Origin: the human T2T-CHM13v2.0 reference genome, Homo sapiens
DNA: 64,000 nucleotides
Assembly (NCBI RefSeq): GCF_009914755.1
Contig: NC_060936.1
Reading direction: 5' to 3' (one strand)
The notes under the pieces were generated by a model that saw nothing but the letters and a program-made list of their open reading frames with translations, did no database searches and was not told the origin of the DNA. The translations under genes were made by a program, and so were the position numbers. Shown piece by piece: positions 13,588 to 27,767 of this stretch (within the stretch, counting starts at the first letter, position 1; each line of letters begins with the position of its first letter).

Positions 13588-13964
13588 TTATTTAAAGAAT
13601 CTGTTTATTTTTTAACTTTCCACAGAAATTCACAAGGATTTACATTCTTACTATTACTTATAATTATTTAAAATTATTATTATCATTACTAATCAGGATA
13701 CTTCCCTATTAGATTGTTTACCTCCAACCAGAAGCTATTCTTGGGAAAAAAGAATAGGCAGATGGAAAATAGACAAAAGTGAAGTCATAGCATGAATGAT
13801 AGTGTCACAACACTGAAGTCTTCAGCCAGTAGGTGGAGTTTAACTGGCTGGAACATAAGCGTTACAAATATTGCCCAGCTGGCTCAGGTAGCAAGCGGTT
13901 TTGGGAAATGAAGTTATCTGGCATCAAATCCTTGATTGTGAAGCCTGGGAGATAGAATAAAACT

Positions 13965-14180
13965 ACAAGTTATTCAGCACCTGTTACATGCCAGGTAATT
14001 TCATTTATGTTGCCTTATTTCAGGGTTGTCAGTATTTCTATTTTTACAGATTATAAAAGAAGAGAGACAGAAACAATAAGTAACTTACAAGATATCACAC
14101 GATTTTAAGCCAAAGTCAGAATTCAATCCCAACTGTCTCTAAATCCAAAAAGCTAAAACCCTCTTCTCCCATATGCTTTC
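13965..14180 (-). mobile_element. MIR SINE relic
   Basis: ttttacagat...aagtaactt...aagatatcacac...agaattcaatcccaactgtctct. Confidence 0.55.
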
Positions 14181-14594
14181 TTTATTGCAGCAATAAGTAA
14201 TGAATTCTCAAGTCCCCGACATATAAATTAAATCTATCTGAATATGGAGACTGCCTTCATTTTATATCCAAACCAAAACTCTCCTCTTGGGAATGTAGCT
14301 TCCTAGAGGCAAGCATAACAAAATAGGAGGTAGGTGGCTAGGATCTTCAGGAGATAGAGTAAAGAAGGAAACACACCGGGTGCAAAGGAAAGCAATCCCA
14401 TGATTTAAAAATCGATACTGAAGACCTGACATCATCCCTATAGAGAAATGGCTTTGGCCCCTCTCTAAACTAAATATCTTCATGCTTAGCTAAGCTTTGG
14501 AAGGAAAATTCATACTGCAACCCTGATCAACTAAACAGTAAAAAATGGGTCTGCCACAACCTAAAGTCACTTGAAGGGGCATCTATTCAGATCT

Positions 14595-14785
14595 ACAATG
14601 TTTCTTAGAGATAATCTAGTCTATCTGGGGACATGTTGATTAAAATACACATTGCTGTTCAGCTCCTACCCCCAGAACCTCTCCTTCATTAAGTCTCATG
14701 TGATATCAGGGAATATGCATCTCTAACAAGTTCTGAGGTAATGCTAAGTAAGCTGATATAACATGCTTTGGGAATCACTACTGCA
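14595..14785. mobile_element. MER5A-type hAT MITE relic
   Basis: ttaaaatacacattgctg...caccc-like core...gaatatgcatctctaacaagttc...tttgggaatcact. Confidence 0.55.
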
Positions 14786-15817
14786 AGTCTAAACCACTCA
14801 CATCATAAGGGAACAAACCAAGGCCTAGACAGGGGATTGTCCCAAGTTGAACAGCAAATGATATTGGAAGGGAAGACCATTGAAATTTGTTTGAAGAAAT
14901 TATATAAAGTCAGTCTTGTTTTAATAGCATAGCTGTGGCCTACTTCAGTGTTAGAGCTACAATGGTATCCAGCCATTTTTGGACAAAGTAAAACATCAGA
15001 AAAAGAAATCAACATATCATATTTGATGCCTTTTTCTCATAATTCTTACTAACCTTTTACCTTATTACACAAAATACTAGTTCTTTTTAAAGTTGTAATG
15101 AAAATGGGTGAAACAAATTTTGTCTAGTTAGTCTTCAATCGCCGAAATGCGTTTCCAAAGTTGAGCTGTTTAAATCATGGAGTAAATGTTATTTTCTCAA
15201 TGAAAAAATGATTCTATTTCTCAGGCCAAATCAGATAGATTGGGAATGGTTTCATAGAATGATGCTTTGAAAATTATTCTGATGCTAAACAGGGGTTTAG
15301 AGGAAAAGATAACTAATCTGCCAGCAGTAATAAAGGACACCAAGTATTATACATTGTCAAATTCTGGGTTGTTATTGACATCTGTGATGGTTTTTCACAT
15401 CATCCACATGAAAAATGATTATGTGGCTCTAAATTGGCTGGAAGTTTGTGCTACTAATTATGACCATGAAAACATTCTTCATGACATATGGTTTAATTGA
15501 ATATTGATTGATCCACTCCATAAATTTTTCCATTTATCTATGATAGTTGATAACCTGTTAATTCCAAAAGTCTACTATTCCACTTAATTTTCTATGTGGT
15601 TGTCTCTGTATCACAAACTTAAATTCAATGACTCTCATTTGACAAATAATTGATGCCACATTGTCATGTTGAGAGGTTGTAAGAATGGATGTGCACAATA
15701 ATTCTAATCAACTGCATCAACAATGGTGGCATGATTTTGAATTATGTACTTGCAACAAATATCTAGAAAATCTGGGAAATGAAAAAGTGAAAGGAAATTG
15801 GCTTTAAAGGGCTATTT

Positions 15818-16748
15818 ATTAACTTCTTATTAACAAATATATAACTGCCTAACAAATTACCACAAATTTAGCATCTTAAAATAAAACACATTTATTACCT
15901 CACAGTTTCTGTGGGCCAGGAGTCAGTACAATTTAGCTGGCTAAAATCCAAGCATCATCCAGTGCTGCAATCTCATCTGCAACTTGGTGACACTGGTTGT
16001 TAGTAGATTCTCGTTTCTTGCAGGTGTAGGACTAATGTCCTCATTTTCTCGTTCAGTGTGACAGATGTATCACTCTGCTCCTAAGGATGCCCTCAGGTTC
16101 TAGCCACATGGATCTCTTACATTATGGTCTCTTACTTGTTCAAACCAGCAGGAAAATCTCTCTCGTGCTTTGTGTCACTTCCTCCAGATAGGGTCCAATC
16201 CCTTTTAAGGGCTAATCTGACTTGCTCAGACTTAACCAGAATAATCACCTTTTTTTTTTTTTTGGAGACAGAATCTCACTCTCTCGCCCAGACTCGAGTG
16301 TAGTGATGCAATCTAGGCTCACTGCAACCTCTGCCTCCTGAGTTCAAACGATTCTCATGCCTCAGCTTCCCAAGTAGCTGGGACTACAGGCACTTGCCAC
16401 CACGATCAGCTAATTTTTGTATTTTTAGTAGAGACAGGGTTTCACCATGTTGGCCAGGCTGGTCTCCAAATCCTGACGTCAAGTGATCCACCCACCTCAG
16501 CCTCCCGAAGTGCTGGGAGGCACAAGCCAACTCGCAGCCTCTCCCTTTTGATTAATTCAAAGTCAGCTAATTTGGGGTCTTAATTACTAATTCAAAATCC
16601 CTCAAATTTTTCATGTAACAGTCTAATCACGATAATAAAATCCATAATATTTACAGTCTTTCCTATACTCAAGGGGAAGTGATTATACAGGGTATATCTG
16701 CCAGGGACAGGGAATCTTGGAAGTCATATTAGAATCCTTCCTACTACA
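15818..16748 (-). mobile_element. MLT1E/F-type MaLR solo LTR interrupted by an Alu
   Basis: taacaaattaccacaaatttagc...catttattacctcacagtttctgtggg, ending atattagaatccttcctactaca. Confidence 0.75.
16250..16539 (-). mobile_element. AluS SINE
   Basis: Poly(T) head, two arms, small deletion near the Alu 5' end. Degenerate TSD tcacctttt / tctccctttt. Confidence 0.93.
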
Positions 16749-16833
16749 GGCTACTAGTTATACAATGTTTATTTTATGTTATTTTCAGATTATAGAAAAA
16801 TTCCATATTGATTATGAAATTTAGGAAATACAG

Positions 16834-17197
16834 TGTATTAGTTCTCACACTGCTATAAAGATACTATCTGAGACTAGATAATTTATAAACAAAAGAGGTT
16901 AAATTGACTCACAGTTCCACACAAGTGGGGAGGCCTCAGGAAACTTACAATCGTGGTGGAAGAAGAATGGGGAAGTAAGGCACATCTTACCATGGCGAAG
17001 CAAGAGAGGGAGAGAGTGTGAGGAAGTGCCACACTTTAAAGCTATCAGCTCTCGCGAGAACCCCTCACTACCATGAGAATGGCATGGGGAAAATGGCCCC
17101 CATGATCCAATCACCTCCCACCAGGTTCTTTCCTCAACAAGTGGACATTACAATTCGAGATAAGATTTGGGTGAGGACACAGAGCCAAACCGTATCA
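16834..17197 (-). mobile_element. THE1D/MST MaLR solo LTR
   Basis: tgtattagt...ctgctataaagatact...ggaggcctcaggaaacttacaatc...acacagagccaaaccgtatca; acag repeated on both flanks. Confidence 0.9.
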
Positions 17198-17572
17198 ACA
17201 GAAAAGAATAAAATAAACATTTTCTGTATTTCACCGTCTAAAGGGAAGCATGACTAACATTTTGGCAAGACTATTCTATAATTTTTATATTTTCTTATGT
17301 ATATGTGTTTTAACTATTAAATCTTACTATATATACAATTTTATATCTCAATTTTTCACTTAGAATATTAGAAATATTTGCCTATACTTATATTGTTCTA
17401 AAACAATTTCCAATGACTGCATAATATTAATCAGATGGATTTATCATCATTTATTTAACCAATTTCTTGGGTTCGTTTCCATTATTTCCATATTTTAACA
17501 ATACTTGCAATGGGTATCTTTATGTGTTATTCCTCACATATTTATTTTATTCAGATAAAGTTTCTAGTACAA

Positions 17573-18034
17573 TGTGTTGATGGACATAATTTTTCATGCC
17601 TACCTATATCTATGGCCTTTGGTGTGTGTTCCTTTTCCATTGTTCCTGGGTCTGACTATATATCTTCTGTTGCCAATGGGACAGTAGCAAACCTGATTCA
17701 AGCAGACTACTAAACTAGCCTTCGCACAATCAAACTTTCTTCCTTGGACCTCTGCACTGCCATGAAAGTGTTCCCAGGTTAGCCTGTGAAGTAATATGAG
17801 TATCATATGAAGGAAAACTGATGTGCCAGGCTGCGGTCATTCAGGATAGATAGTCTGCAGCCTACCACCAACAGACTGCACACACAAATGAGCCCAGTTA
17901 AGGTAAGCTGAACCTGGTCCAGATAAGCAGAATCACCTAGCTACCCCATAGACTCATGAGAAATAATAATTGGCTGTTGCTTTAAACAACTAAATATTGG
18001 GGATGGTTTGTTAACCATAAAAACTAACTTATAC
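17573..18034 (+). mobile_element. MLT1G/H-type MaLR solo LTR
   Basis: gccaatgggacagtagcaaac...tgagcccag...ctcatgagaaataataattggctgttgctttaa...taacttataca. Confidence 0.6.
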
Positions 18035-20479
18035 AAAGTTCTAGAAATGAACTATAAAGGATGAATTTAGAAATATTAAAAAATTACTAGCCAAATAATT
18101 ATTTTGCAAAAGTGTCATTTAAAGACCAGCTGGACAGAGTGAAATGAAATTTGCTTTCACAGAAAAAAACAAGGAGCAACCTCCTTTATAAAAACATGAA
18201 GAATATTGTTGAGAAAAAAGGCAATCCAAAACATTGGCTTGAGACATGCAAACAACACAATGATATGAAATCGTATATTCATTATGAGTTTTGGAATTTT
18301 TTTCTTGGACCTAACAAGACCCATGACTGCATTTCTTCAAGATACTAGTTGGGCAACATCCAACAAATATGACATCTTGTTTGAAACTTCTGAGGAATTA
18401 GATCTTTTGATGCTTGGTGGCATGAGTAACATCCCAGACAAATAAGCCTCACACTGACACAAACATTCGCCTCTCTTCATTCCATTTAACTCAGTGAAGC
18501 AAAAACTTGACTGCATTTTAATGGCAGTTAGCAGAGATCATTAACCACGAACACTCTTGTTTTCCTTTCTTTACATTCTTCAGAAACAAAGTCCTACAGA
18601 ATCTCTGAGGGGAACAGACAATAGAATTAAAATGTGTACAAGTTAGGGGTCAAGTGATGGAATCTCATCCTTGGTAAAACTGTGTATTCCCTTCATGCTG
18701 CTGACCAGCCAATCAAACACACTTATTTCAGGGATAAGCTCTTATCCCTGCATATGGGATTGAACAGCCAGGTTCAGAAGGGAGACTCATTCCCTAAGGC
18801 AAACTATCAATATCTATTGGAATTTATATATTAAAACCTACTGAGATTTAAGACTGATGTAAAACATGGTAAACTAATCAAGTCCTCATATTACCCTAGG
18901 TTTTGGCATTAGTAATAGTTGACAGCAATGTAATTAAAAACAAACTAGGAAATTACATTTTTTAATCATTGTTAAGAGACTTCATTCAGTTAAAAGAATA
19001 CCATATTTTTCCCTTGGAGAATAGCTAGCCTTTCTGGTTCATTCAAAAGAAAAAAAAATAATATTTTTGGAAGAAGAGGTAATATTAAGCTTGTAAAGGG
19101 GAAAAATAAAAACAGATTACTCACCATCTTTTCCATGTATTATTGTATATAAATACAAAATAAAGGCACTAAAGCATTTGACTTAGATATATTGGAACTG
19201 ACAACAAACAGTGTTAGATTATAATGGGTTTTAATTAAAATAATACAAATGACTTCCTCACTGTTTTACCTAGAACATTAATCTTTGTATTTTCTACCTC
19301 ATCCCCATACACTGATTTCTTTCTTCAGGAACAAATATTTAATATAAAACAATAATTCAAGATGCATTAAATTATCAAAAAGGTTGATGCATTTTGTGAA
19401 CATAGTATTTCTGTCTAAAACATGCTTGTTAGAATAATATTTAAAAATAAGTAAAATGTGAAAGAAAAAATACTTTAATAAAGACAGCCACATACTATTT
19501 GCCCTTAATCCCATTAAAAAGCAATTGATATTTGTATTTTCATTGCTTGGATATAATTTTGGTTTAAGGCAATTGGTCCTTAGAACTTCAATTCATATTT
19601 TCAAATTATGGTTACAAATTATGGTTATTTGAAAATAATGATAACGGGGAAAATTAATGCACATGAAATTACAAAAATGGAGAGTCACTCAGGATTTGCT
19701 AGTTTATTCCTTCACATATCAGCAGAAGGCGAGGAGCAATGGAATCAGAGAAATTATTTTTCTAGGATAATCCAAAAACAAATATGGATTCTCAGAAGAC
19801 TTTGTACATTTTTTCTTTCTTAAATCCTTCTGTATATTTAAAATGTTGTTTAATCTCCCATTTTGATGAATTACTCAAAGCTATATGTTTTAATATTCAG
19901 TCAACAGATATCATATTAATCATCTCAAATATTATAATTATTATTCAGTTTATTATTTTCCAGGATGATTTTCAGAAAATACCAATCCTTTAAGATATAC
20001 ACATATGCCAAAACAAAACAAAGGATTTTTATGTGGGGACAGATAAGTGTGAGAAAATCTTTAAAATACAATCTTCCTCTTGAGGTATAATGTATATTAA
20101 CATAGTACAGAAGCCAAGAAATCCGTTAATAGATGAAAACAAACTTAGTTGATTATGAAACCTATTGTCACTTAACAGAACTAGTGATATGTGAGCATAG
20201 TAAAAGAAAGGGTACATGTAAACATAGCTTCAGAAACTACAAGTGAAATCAAAATGAAGAGAAAAACAATTAAAACTTTGAGGATTCAATAGGCCAAATA
20301 CACATACACATACTTGGCTACTTCTAAAGCTTTCCATGTTTTCAAAATGTGGAAACAGAAATATGATATTCTCTTGATCCTGGCAAAAGTTTCTGCCAAA
20401 GGCTTTTGTAAAATTCCTTATGGCTTTAGAAGTCAGTTTAGGAACTGGGCGATTTAAACGCAAAGTGATATTTTACAAT

Positions 20480-20680
20480 TTTACCACTTACATCTTTTTG
20501 TGTGAACTTGAACAAATTAATCTATCTGCCTCAGTTTTCTCCTCTGTAAAATAGTAACAGTGTCAAATGCACAGGACTGTAAGGATTAACTGAATTAATA
20601 TATCTAATGGGCTTAGAATGGTGATTCAAAAATTAGTGAGCCCTTGGTACACTTGCTATTATTTTTATTATTTGCTATTT
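20480..20680 (+). mobile_element. MIR SINE relic
   Basis: tgtgtgaacttgaacaaattaatctatctgcctcagttttctcctctgtaaaatag. Confidence 0.7.
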
Positions 20681-20879
20681 CTTTGGCAATTCATTGGCAT
20701 TCTTTGGGAACTGGTTGACTTTGAAGTACCACTCCTGTACAAATGTCTTAAATGAGGGATATTTAAATTTGGATTGAAATAGCAGAAAGAAACAAGTGTT
20801 AAACTTCCACTTCTGTGCACAGATTAAGGGATTAAGGACCTCTTCAAATGCAGCAACAGTGTTTTGATTTTTGGAATAA

Positions 20880-21192
<313 letters not shown>

Positions 21193-22499
21193 GGAACAAT
21201 TTCTTAATAATAAAAGAATGCATTTAAACTACTTACAATGATAAAATATATGCCAAGTCTTCAGTTTAACTGAGTTACATGTGGTTCTAAACTTCACCAG
21301 CCTCCAAATAGCTGCTCTCACTTGGAGTAAGAGGGAAGATTTCACATTAAATGAAACTAACCCAATTAAATGGAACATTTCACATTATTTCTTAAGATAG
21401 GCTACCTATGTGTCAAGATCTCACAAATTGACAATTTGACCTGAAACATTTACCACACATTTCCTAACATTTTCTGTTAAGATCTCAAGATTTTATACAT
21501 ATCCAAAAATACATAGATGAATTTACTTGAGAGGACAAATTAACCAACAACTAATCTATCAGCACTGTTGTCTATAAAGCTATCATCGTGGAAAGAAGAG
21601 AATGAAGTCAAGGAAACTACTAGGCCAGGTGAATGTTAGGAGTATATTGTGATGCCAAGTTTAAAAGAAGTGATCCATTTAGTCTTTTGTATAGGTGCAC
21701 AATAAAAAATGGATATAAGGGAAAAGATAAGGGTGTCAAAAGTTAAATGTTATTTTCCTAATAGGATGGCTTTTACATTGTATGTGAATATCAGTGACTG
21801 TGTACATATGGAGGTATGCTTAACCAAAATTTTAATTTAAAGAAGGTACAGAGGAATAGTTTATCACATTGGAATTTATGGAGTAATGATGTATGATGTC
21901 AAATTCATGCCAAGTTGTGACTTTGCTGATCTTATACTCAATTATCTCGCATAAAGTTTTGTCAATTTATAGCTCATATCACTTCTACCATGAGATATAA
22001 GATAAAAAGCAGCTGATTTGCATGTAGACGAGGTAAGTTTTCTAGACTGAGTATTTTTGTTTGGTCTGGAGGGTAAGGGTATGGTAAGACCACTAGGGGG
22101 CCAGTTTGAAAATAGAAGTGATGGCAGCTGAAATACCTTCCTAGGGAGAGAGGATCCACTAAATGCTGAACTTTCAATGGGCGAAGTGGAAATAAAAACT
22201 AATGACCAAAAATGAAATCTCAGGAATAATAAGGGATCTGAGCAGCTGTGCAGGACAAAAGATATGACTTGGCAGCTGCCAAGAGAAGAAACTTTCCAAA
22301 AATAAAAAAACTGAATGTATTAAGGGAATTATTCCAGTTTGGCATGTAATATGTGATGCATCCTTTCCCCTGACTCACCTAGTAAAATCTTTAAACATTT
22401 ATTCCTTATTAATGCTTGTATGAGTAGTTAATTTGAGGAAAGGTAAGTCCTATAATTCCATGGGAAGGAGCAATCTTTCAAGATGTTTTACTGTCATAA

Positions 22500-22690
22500 T
22501 AAGTGGCATTTTAAAACATTTAACGCAACTACCTTAGAGGTGGATATACTGTCCTTGAGTCCTAAATTTATAGATAAGAAAAACAAGCCTCAGAAAAGTG
22601 AAATGACTTAATTGAATGATAAAGAGATTAAAAACTTGAATTCAATTCTTCTAATCCCATATTTAATATTCTTTTTTCCTGACCACCAAG
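22500..22690 (-). mobile_element. MIR SINE relic
   Basis: tttatagataagaaaaacaagcctcagaaaagtgaaatgactt. Confidence 0.5.
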
Positions 22691-23498
22691 CCATATGTTA
22701 TGCATACATATAATATATATATGGCATCTTATTTTTGGACATATATTATGGAATGTCCTTTGTTGTTCTGAAAAGAAAACATAAATTTGAAACTTATCTA
22801 ACATAAATGTTCTAGTGGGAGAGGAAAAAAAATAATTTCAAGAAGAAATCATTTTTAAAACTGGATACAGGGATATATCAGCTGAAAAGCACTGAATATT
22901 TTAGAAAATAATCAGGCTGGCTATTTGACATTTGAAGGAGACAAAAGGACTCAGCCAGAGATAATACCTGTATAGTGCATGACCTATATAAAATATCCAT
23001 AGCACCAAGGGACAAGCTCAAAGAAACAACAAAAGAATGGAGAAGTCAGGGAAGCCAGACTAACAGTGGGAGTAAAAATAAATCTTTCTTTAAACCCAGT
23101 GAGAGAGAAGGATCTTAGTGGAAAAAAGCTATTGCTTATGAAATGAATGCGGCTGTAGTCACAGAACACTGAGAGAACAAAAATCACAGGTTAACAAGTA
23201 AGAGTCACACATTTCAAGATTTTAGACATTAACTCTGACTATAGGCATATTTCAATTACTGCAGAAAAGTATTACACCTCACAGAATTTTTTTATAAACA
23301 GACCCCAGGAAATATTTTGCAAAGGTAGTGTCAGGGTATTTATTGAAAGGTGGCTACAGCCTTGGTGTGATAAAAGGGTCACTCTGGCTTTTGTGTGAGT
23401 TTAAGACTTGGGGGCAAGGCAGGAAGGGGTCAGATTTAAGCATAGAAAAATTTCCAAATTGGGATCACAGTGACTGAAAGCCTGGGACATGCCTCGAG

Positions 23499-23548
23499 CA
23501 ACAAAGAACTGTAAACTAGATTCAACAAAGAACTGTAAACTAGATTCA
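23499..23548. repeat. Perfect 24-bp tandem duplication
   Basis: caacaaagaactgtaaactagatt x2 followed by ca. Confidence 0.97.
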
Positions 23549-24034
23549 CTGAGCCTCAGTAATTTCCCAGATGAAAATGGTGGGAGATGGGAGAGAGAAA
23601 AAGATTATCTCTTGGCTTGTGAAATGTAGTCAAAGACTCTAAGAAATTCAGCATAGAGTTGCCAAGACAACTGTACAGAAAAGGTCCGGTTGAGATTATG
23701 ATAATGATATTGACTGAGCAAAATAAATAAGTGCATACATAGCAGTCAGGGAGATTTTCATTTAAGTTTTGGTGTGCCATATAGCATGCACTTTGTAAGC
23801 TGACTGACCTGTGCTATGCCTATACCTTCCAGTCATGGAAGAGAATGAAACTAATTGCTCCCCGCTGGTAGGACACTTGGAGCCAGTACAAACCTTTACT
23901 CTCCATGAAGCCTTTGTTTAATTTCCTAAATATCTCATCTCAATCTTCTTTTGAGGTTTATCATTGTAGGCTTTTTGGCACAGCATAAAAAGAGACAAGA
24001 CACTTAAAGACTGATAGGATGCCACAATATATAC

Positions 24035-24352
24035 CAGAGATCAGCAAACTGTGGCTTGTTGGTCATATCTGGCCGACTACCTTGCTTTTATTTTAGCCTG
24101 TGAGCTAAGAATGGTTTTTAATGTTTTTTAATGGTTGAGAAAAATATTTAAAAATCATATTTTGTGTCATGAATAACTATATAAAATTTGATTTCATATC
24201 CATGAACAAGGTTTTATTAGAACACATCCACATACATTTGCTTATGTATTGTCTGTAGATGCTTTCACGCTACGATAAGAATCATCGCAACAGAAACTCT
24301 GTGACTTGCAAAGCCTAAAATATTTTCTGACCCTTTACAGAAAAGTTTGTTG
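24035..24352. mobile_element. MER58B-type hAT MITE
   Basis: cagagatcagcaaact...gcctgtgagctaagaatggttttta...gcaaagcctaaaatattt...ccctttacagaaaagtttg. Confidence 0.8.
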
Positions 24353-25220
24353 TGTGCACTAAACAAATGTGCATATTTTGAATGTCATTAATTTATTGGG
24401 CAGCATTCATTTCACAAGCAATGCCCCTTTTCTGTTGGATTCCTCTTTCTCTTTGTGATTTATGTTTTTCACTAAACTGCGAATTTACCAGAAAGAAAGT
24501 GTCTACCACAGTTATTTGCAGATGAGAATGTATTAATAAATCTTTATTAAATTAATAACTATTCCAAATAATTTGATGTGATTTTCAGTACATTACAATT
24601 ATATGTCTAATTCTTGATAAAGTACAGTGTTGGACAGGGTGAATTGATATAAATGATGACATTGTCACTACCTTTGAATGATTCATAATTTAATTTAAAA
24701 AACAATACAAATTCAAGGGTATCATCCACATAATAATACAAGACAGTATGTTATTTAAGTATCAAAATACCTGTTAGTGACAAAGATTCCATTATAGCAA
24801 TAGTAGACATTAATCACTATCATAATAACTATAATTCCTAAATGTTTATTACATGCCAGCCACTTGGATAAATCTGAGATATGAATTATTTAATCTTTAC
24901 AATAAACCCTTGTGATAGATACTATTTCATTCTGATTTTTTAAATGGCAAAGCTACATTTTAAGTCACATGGACTGAGCTAGAAGTTGAACCCAAATAAC
25001 ACATTCTTATTTTTAAAATGTACTTGACAAATATTAGCTATTTGATAAATATTAGTCAATTTGGAACTTGCAAATGTGCTAAGGGCACTAAAAGCGGAGG
25101 TATTAAATAAATGTGGACTTCAGAAATCAAGAGGAGTTTCTTGATTAAGAATGGGAATAATTTGCATATGTGAAAAGAAGGAAGAAAGCCACTTAGGGAT
25201 GGGGAGATAGGAGGGAGGTA

Positions 25221-25567
25221 GAGTTATACACCGCATGACGACATCACAGTCAATGACGAACCTCATCTATGACTTTGATCCCATAGATTATGGATTATAA
25301 TATTGTATTTTTACTGTACCTTTTTCATATTTAGATATGTTTAGATAGACAAATACCACTGTGTTGCAATTGCCCACAATATTCAGAACAATAAAATGTT
25401 ATACCACTTTGTAGCCTAGGAGCAATAGCATACACCATATAGCCTAGGTGTGGAGTAGATTACACCATCTAGGTTTGTGTAAGTACACTCTATTATTTTC
25501 ACACAATGATGAAATCACCTAACAACACATTTCTAAGTTATCACCGTTGTTAAGTGATGCATAACTA
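25221..25567 (+). mobile_element. Tigger3a-type TcMar MITE
   Basis: TA-flanked; internal tgtagcctaggagcaatag...ccatctaggtttgtgtaagtacactcta. Confidence 0.85.
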
Positions 25568-26569
25568 TAATTAAAAGAGCAAAAGAAGGCTTGTTATAAG
25601 GAGTGTGATTTGACTTTGTAATAATGACTCATATCATGGTAGGATTTTCCTTTAATTAACTGAGGAATTAAGGAATAAATTTGTACATATAATTTCCAAA
25701 CTGAATATTGCCTTGAGTTAACAAAGTTTCATTTACCAAATTTCTGTTTCAAAGATTTTCTTTCAGAGGGGAGAGTATCCTACATATTTTTCTCCTCCAG
25801 AAATTATACCGACCATGGAAAGAAAAAGAAATTGCTTTTTCTTATACTCTACTGTATTTCAATTAAAGGATGTAAAAGTAGATAGTAAGTGGCATATTGA
25901 CATCATTAAAATTAGCAGCAGGAGCTGCAAAATGAATTAGTGCAGTCGTGGGACTGCTCAAGTGTTACAGAACCAGAGCATCCTTGGGAAAAAAAAAAAA
26001 ACCAGCCTCCACCCCTCAACTATAGATGAAGCCAGTGTGTTCAACTTACCTCAGTCTTCCTTCATATTAAACACAAAACCCACAGAGCTACTTTCTAGTT
26101 CAAGTCTTTATCTCATTAAGATTTACACTTCAAGGGACAAGGTGAAGAGAAAAGCAGTTATTATGATAATTACATCTTCTTACCCATGGTGTATTACTTT
26201 TTATTTCAGTGGGCCATCTAATTCCACAATCTAAAAAGAATTCATTTCTTACTTAGTGAGAGACAAGATAATATTCCTACATGTAAGGTGTTCACAACGG
26301 CGTGATGCAGAGTCTATTGACAACAGAAGCAATAAAAGTGACTACCTTGCTGGTATGATTTCAGATAATCAGAAACACTGAAACTATCACGTGCCAATAA
26401 GACAAGTATCCATAACTACATGAGAAATCAAGTCCACCCATTGCACACCATAGTAATGTACAATACCACTGCATTAATTCTGATTGCTCTACAGCTATTC
26501 TTATTTCTGTCTCACTAGCTTGATCGTGCCCACGTTGAGAGTAGAGAGTACAATATAAAGTGTTTTCCA

Positions 26570-26745
26570 TAGGTTATTTCACTTAATACTCAAACAATTT
26601 AAGAGGTAAATATTAGACACCCAATTTTAAGTCATAAGACAACCAAGGCTCTGGGAGATTAAGGTATTTTCCATTATAAAACAGAAAATAAAAGGCTGAA
26701 CTAGGACTGATACCCAGATCTCACTCCAAAGATCTCAAGTGCTTT
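26570..26745 (-). mobile_element. MIR SINE relic
   Basis: tttcacttaatactcaaacaa...aaggctctgggagattaagg...ctaggactgatacccagatct. Confidence 0.5.
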
Positions 26746-27767
26746 ATGTATTTGATGTTATAGATACACATCTCCCACACACATCCACTTAAACCTAGCA
26801 TAATATTTTTGCACATTGTAAATGTTTTTTTATTAAGTAGTTGAAATAAACAATCCATCAGAAACTGATTTTCATCACTCAAACTTTAGGTGAATAAATA
26901 TCCAAAACTCACTTCTACACGAACTAAGATCTTGAAAACACCAAAAAAGAAGAGAGGAGAGTAATTCTACAAGCTTCAGCTACTTTATAATATTTTACAA
27001 AGGCTACAGGAATATGGCAATATCTTGCAAATGTTAGGCTAATTGATGATATATTGTGTCCTCTTAAAATCTTACCTTCTATAAGATTTTAGAGGTTCTG
27101 AGGTAGTCCAAAATTAAGTATTCTTTAAACTTTTATTTTTAAGCAAAGTTATGTTCAGTTTAGCTCATGTAGCCATATTTGAGCGGCCATATATAAGGAA
27201 AAATATATGCAGATAGTTTCCTTGATAGCACAACAACCTTTTGCAGTATAATATTACAAATGTTGTTTTAATCTTGACCTCTGGCTGCCAATTTTTAATT
27301 AACTCATTAACCTTTTTTTGCTTATTAAAATAATAATTTATTTTTTTCCTACAGGGGAAACACACCAGAGAATATGTGTAAGCAATGGTGTTCTTTGTCA
27401 TGATTTTATGCATCAGTAATATTTTTACCTAATAGCATGTGTAATGTATGATGCCCCCAGCTATGCAATTTACATTGCTTTTGCAATAAACTATGCCAGT
27501 TTGACCATTCCCAATTTCCCTGAACTTTTAGTAAAGATAGATGGTCTGCAACAATTAGAGGTAAAGGATTGCTATAGGTTACTCCCCAACTCCCACACTC
27601 ATTACCAGGTGTTATGTTCTGACTGAAAGCCATTGCAGACCAAATTCCGCCATATCAAACATAAATTAGCAAACAGACACAAAAAATTCTCTTTTTTTTT
27701 TTTTGGTAAATCTTGAACTCTGTCCTTTTAGGCAGTCTGAAAAGTTTCATGTATCAAAAGTTTATTC

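Noticed and set aside
26361-26570. 69-aa minus-strand ORF in unique-looking sequence
   Set aside because: No recognisable homology or supporting splice structure; length is within chance.
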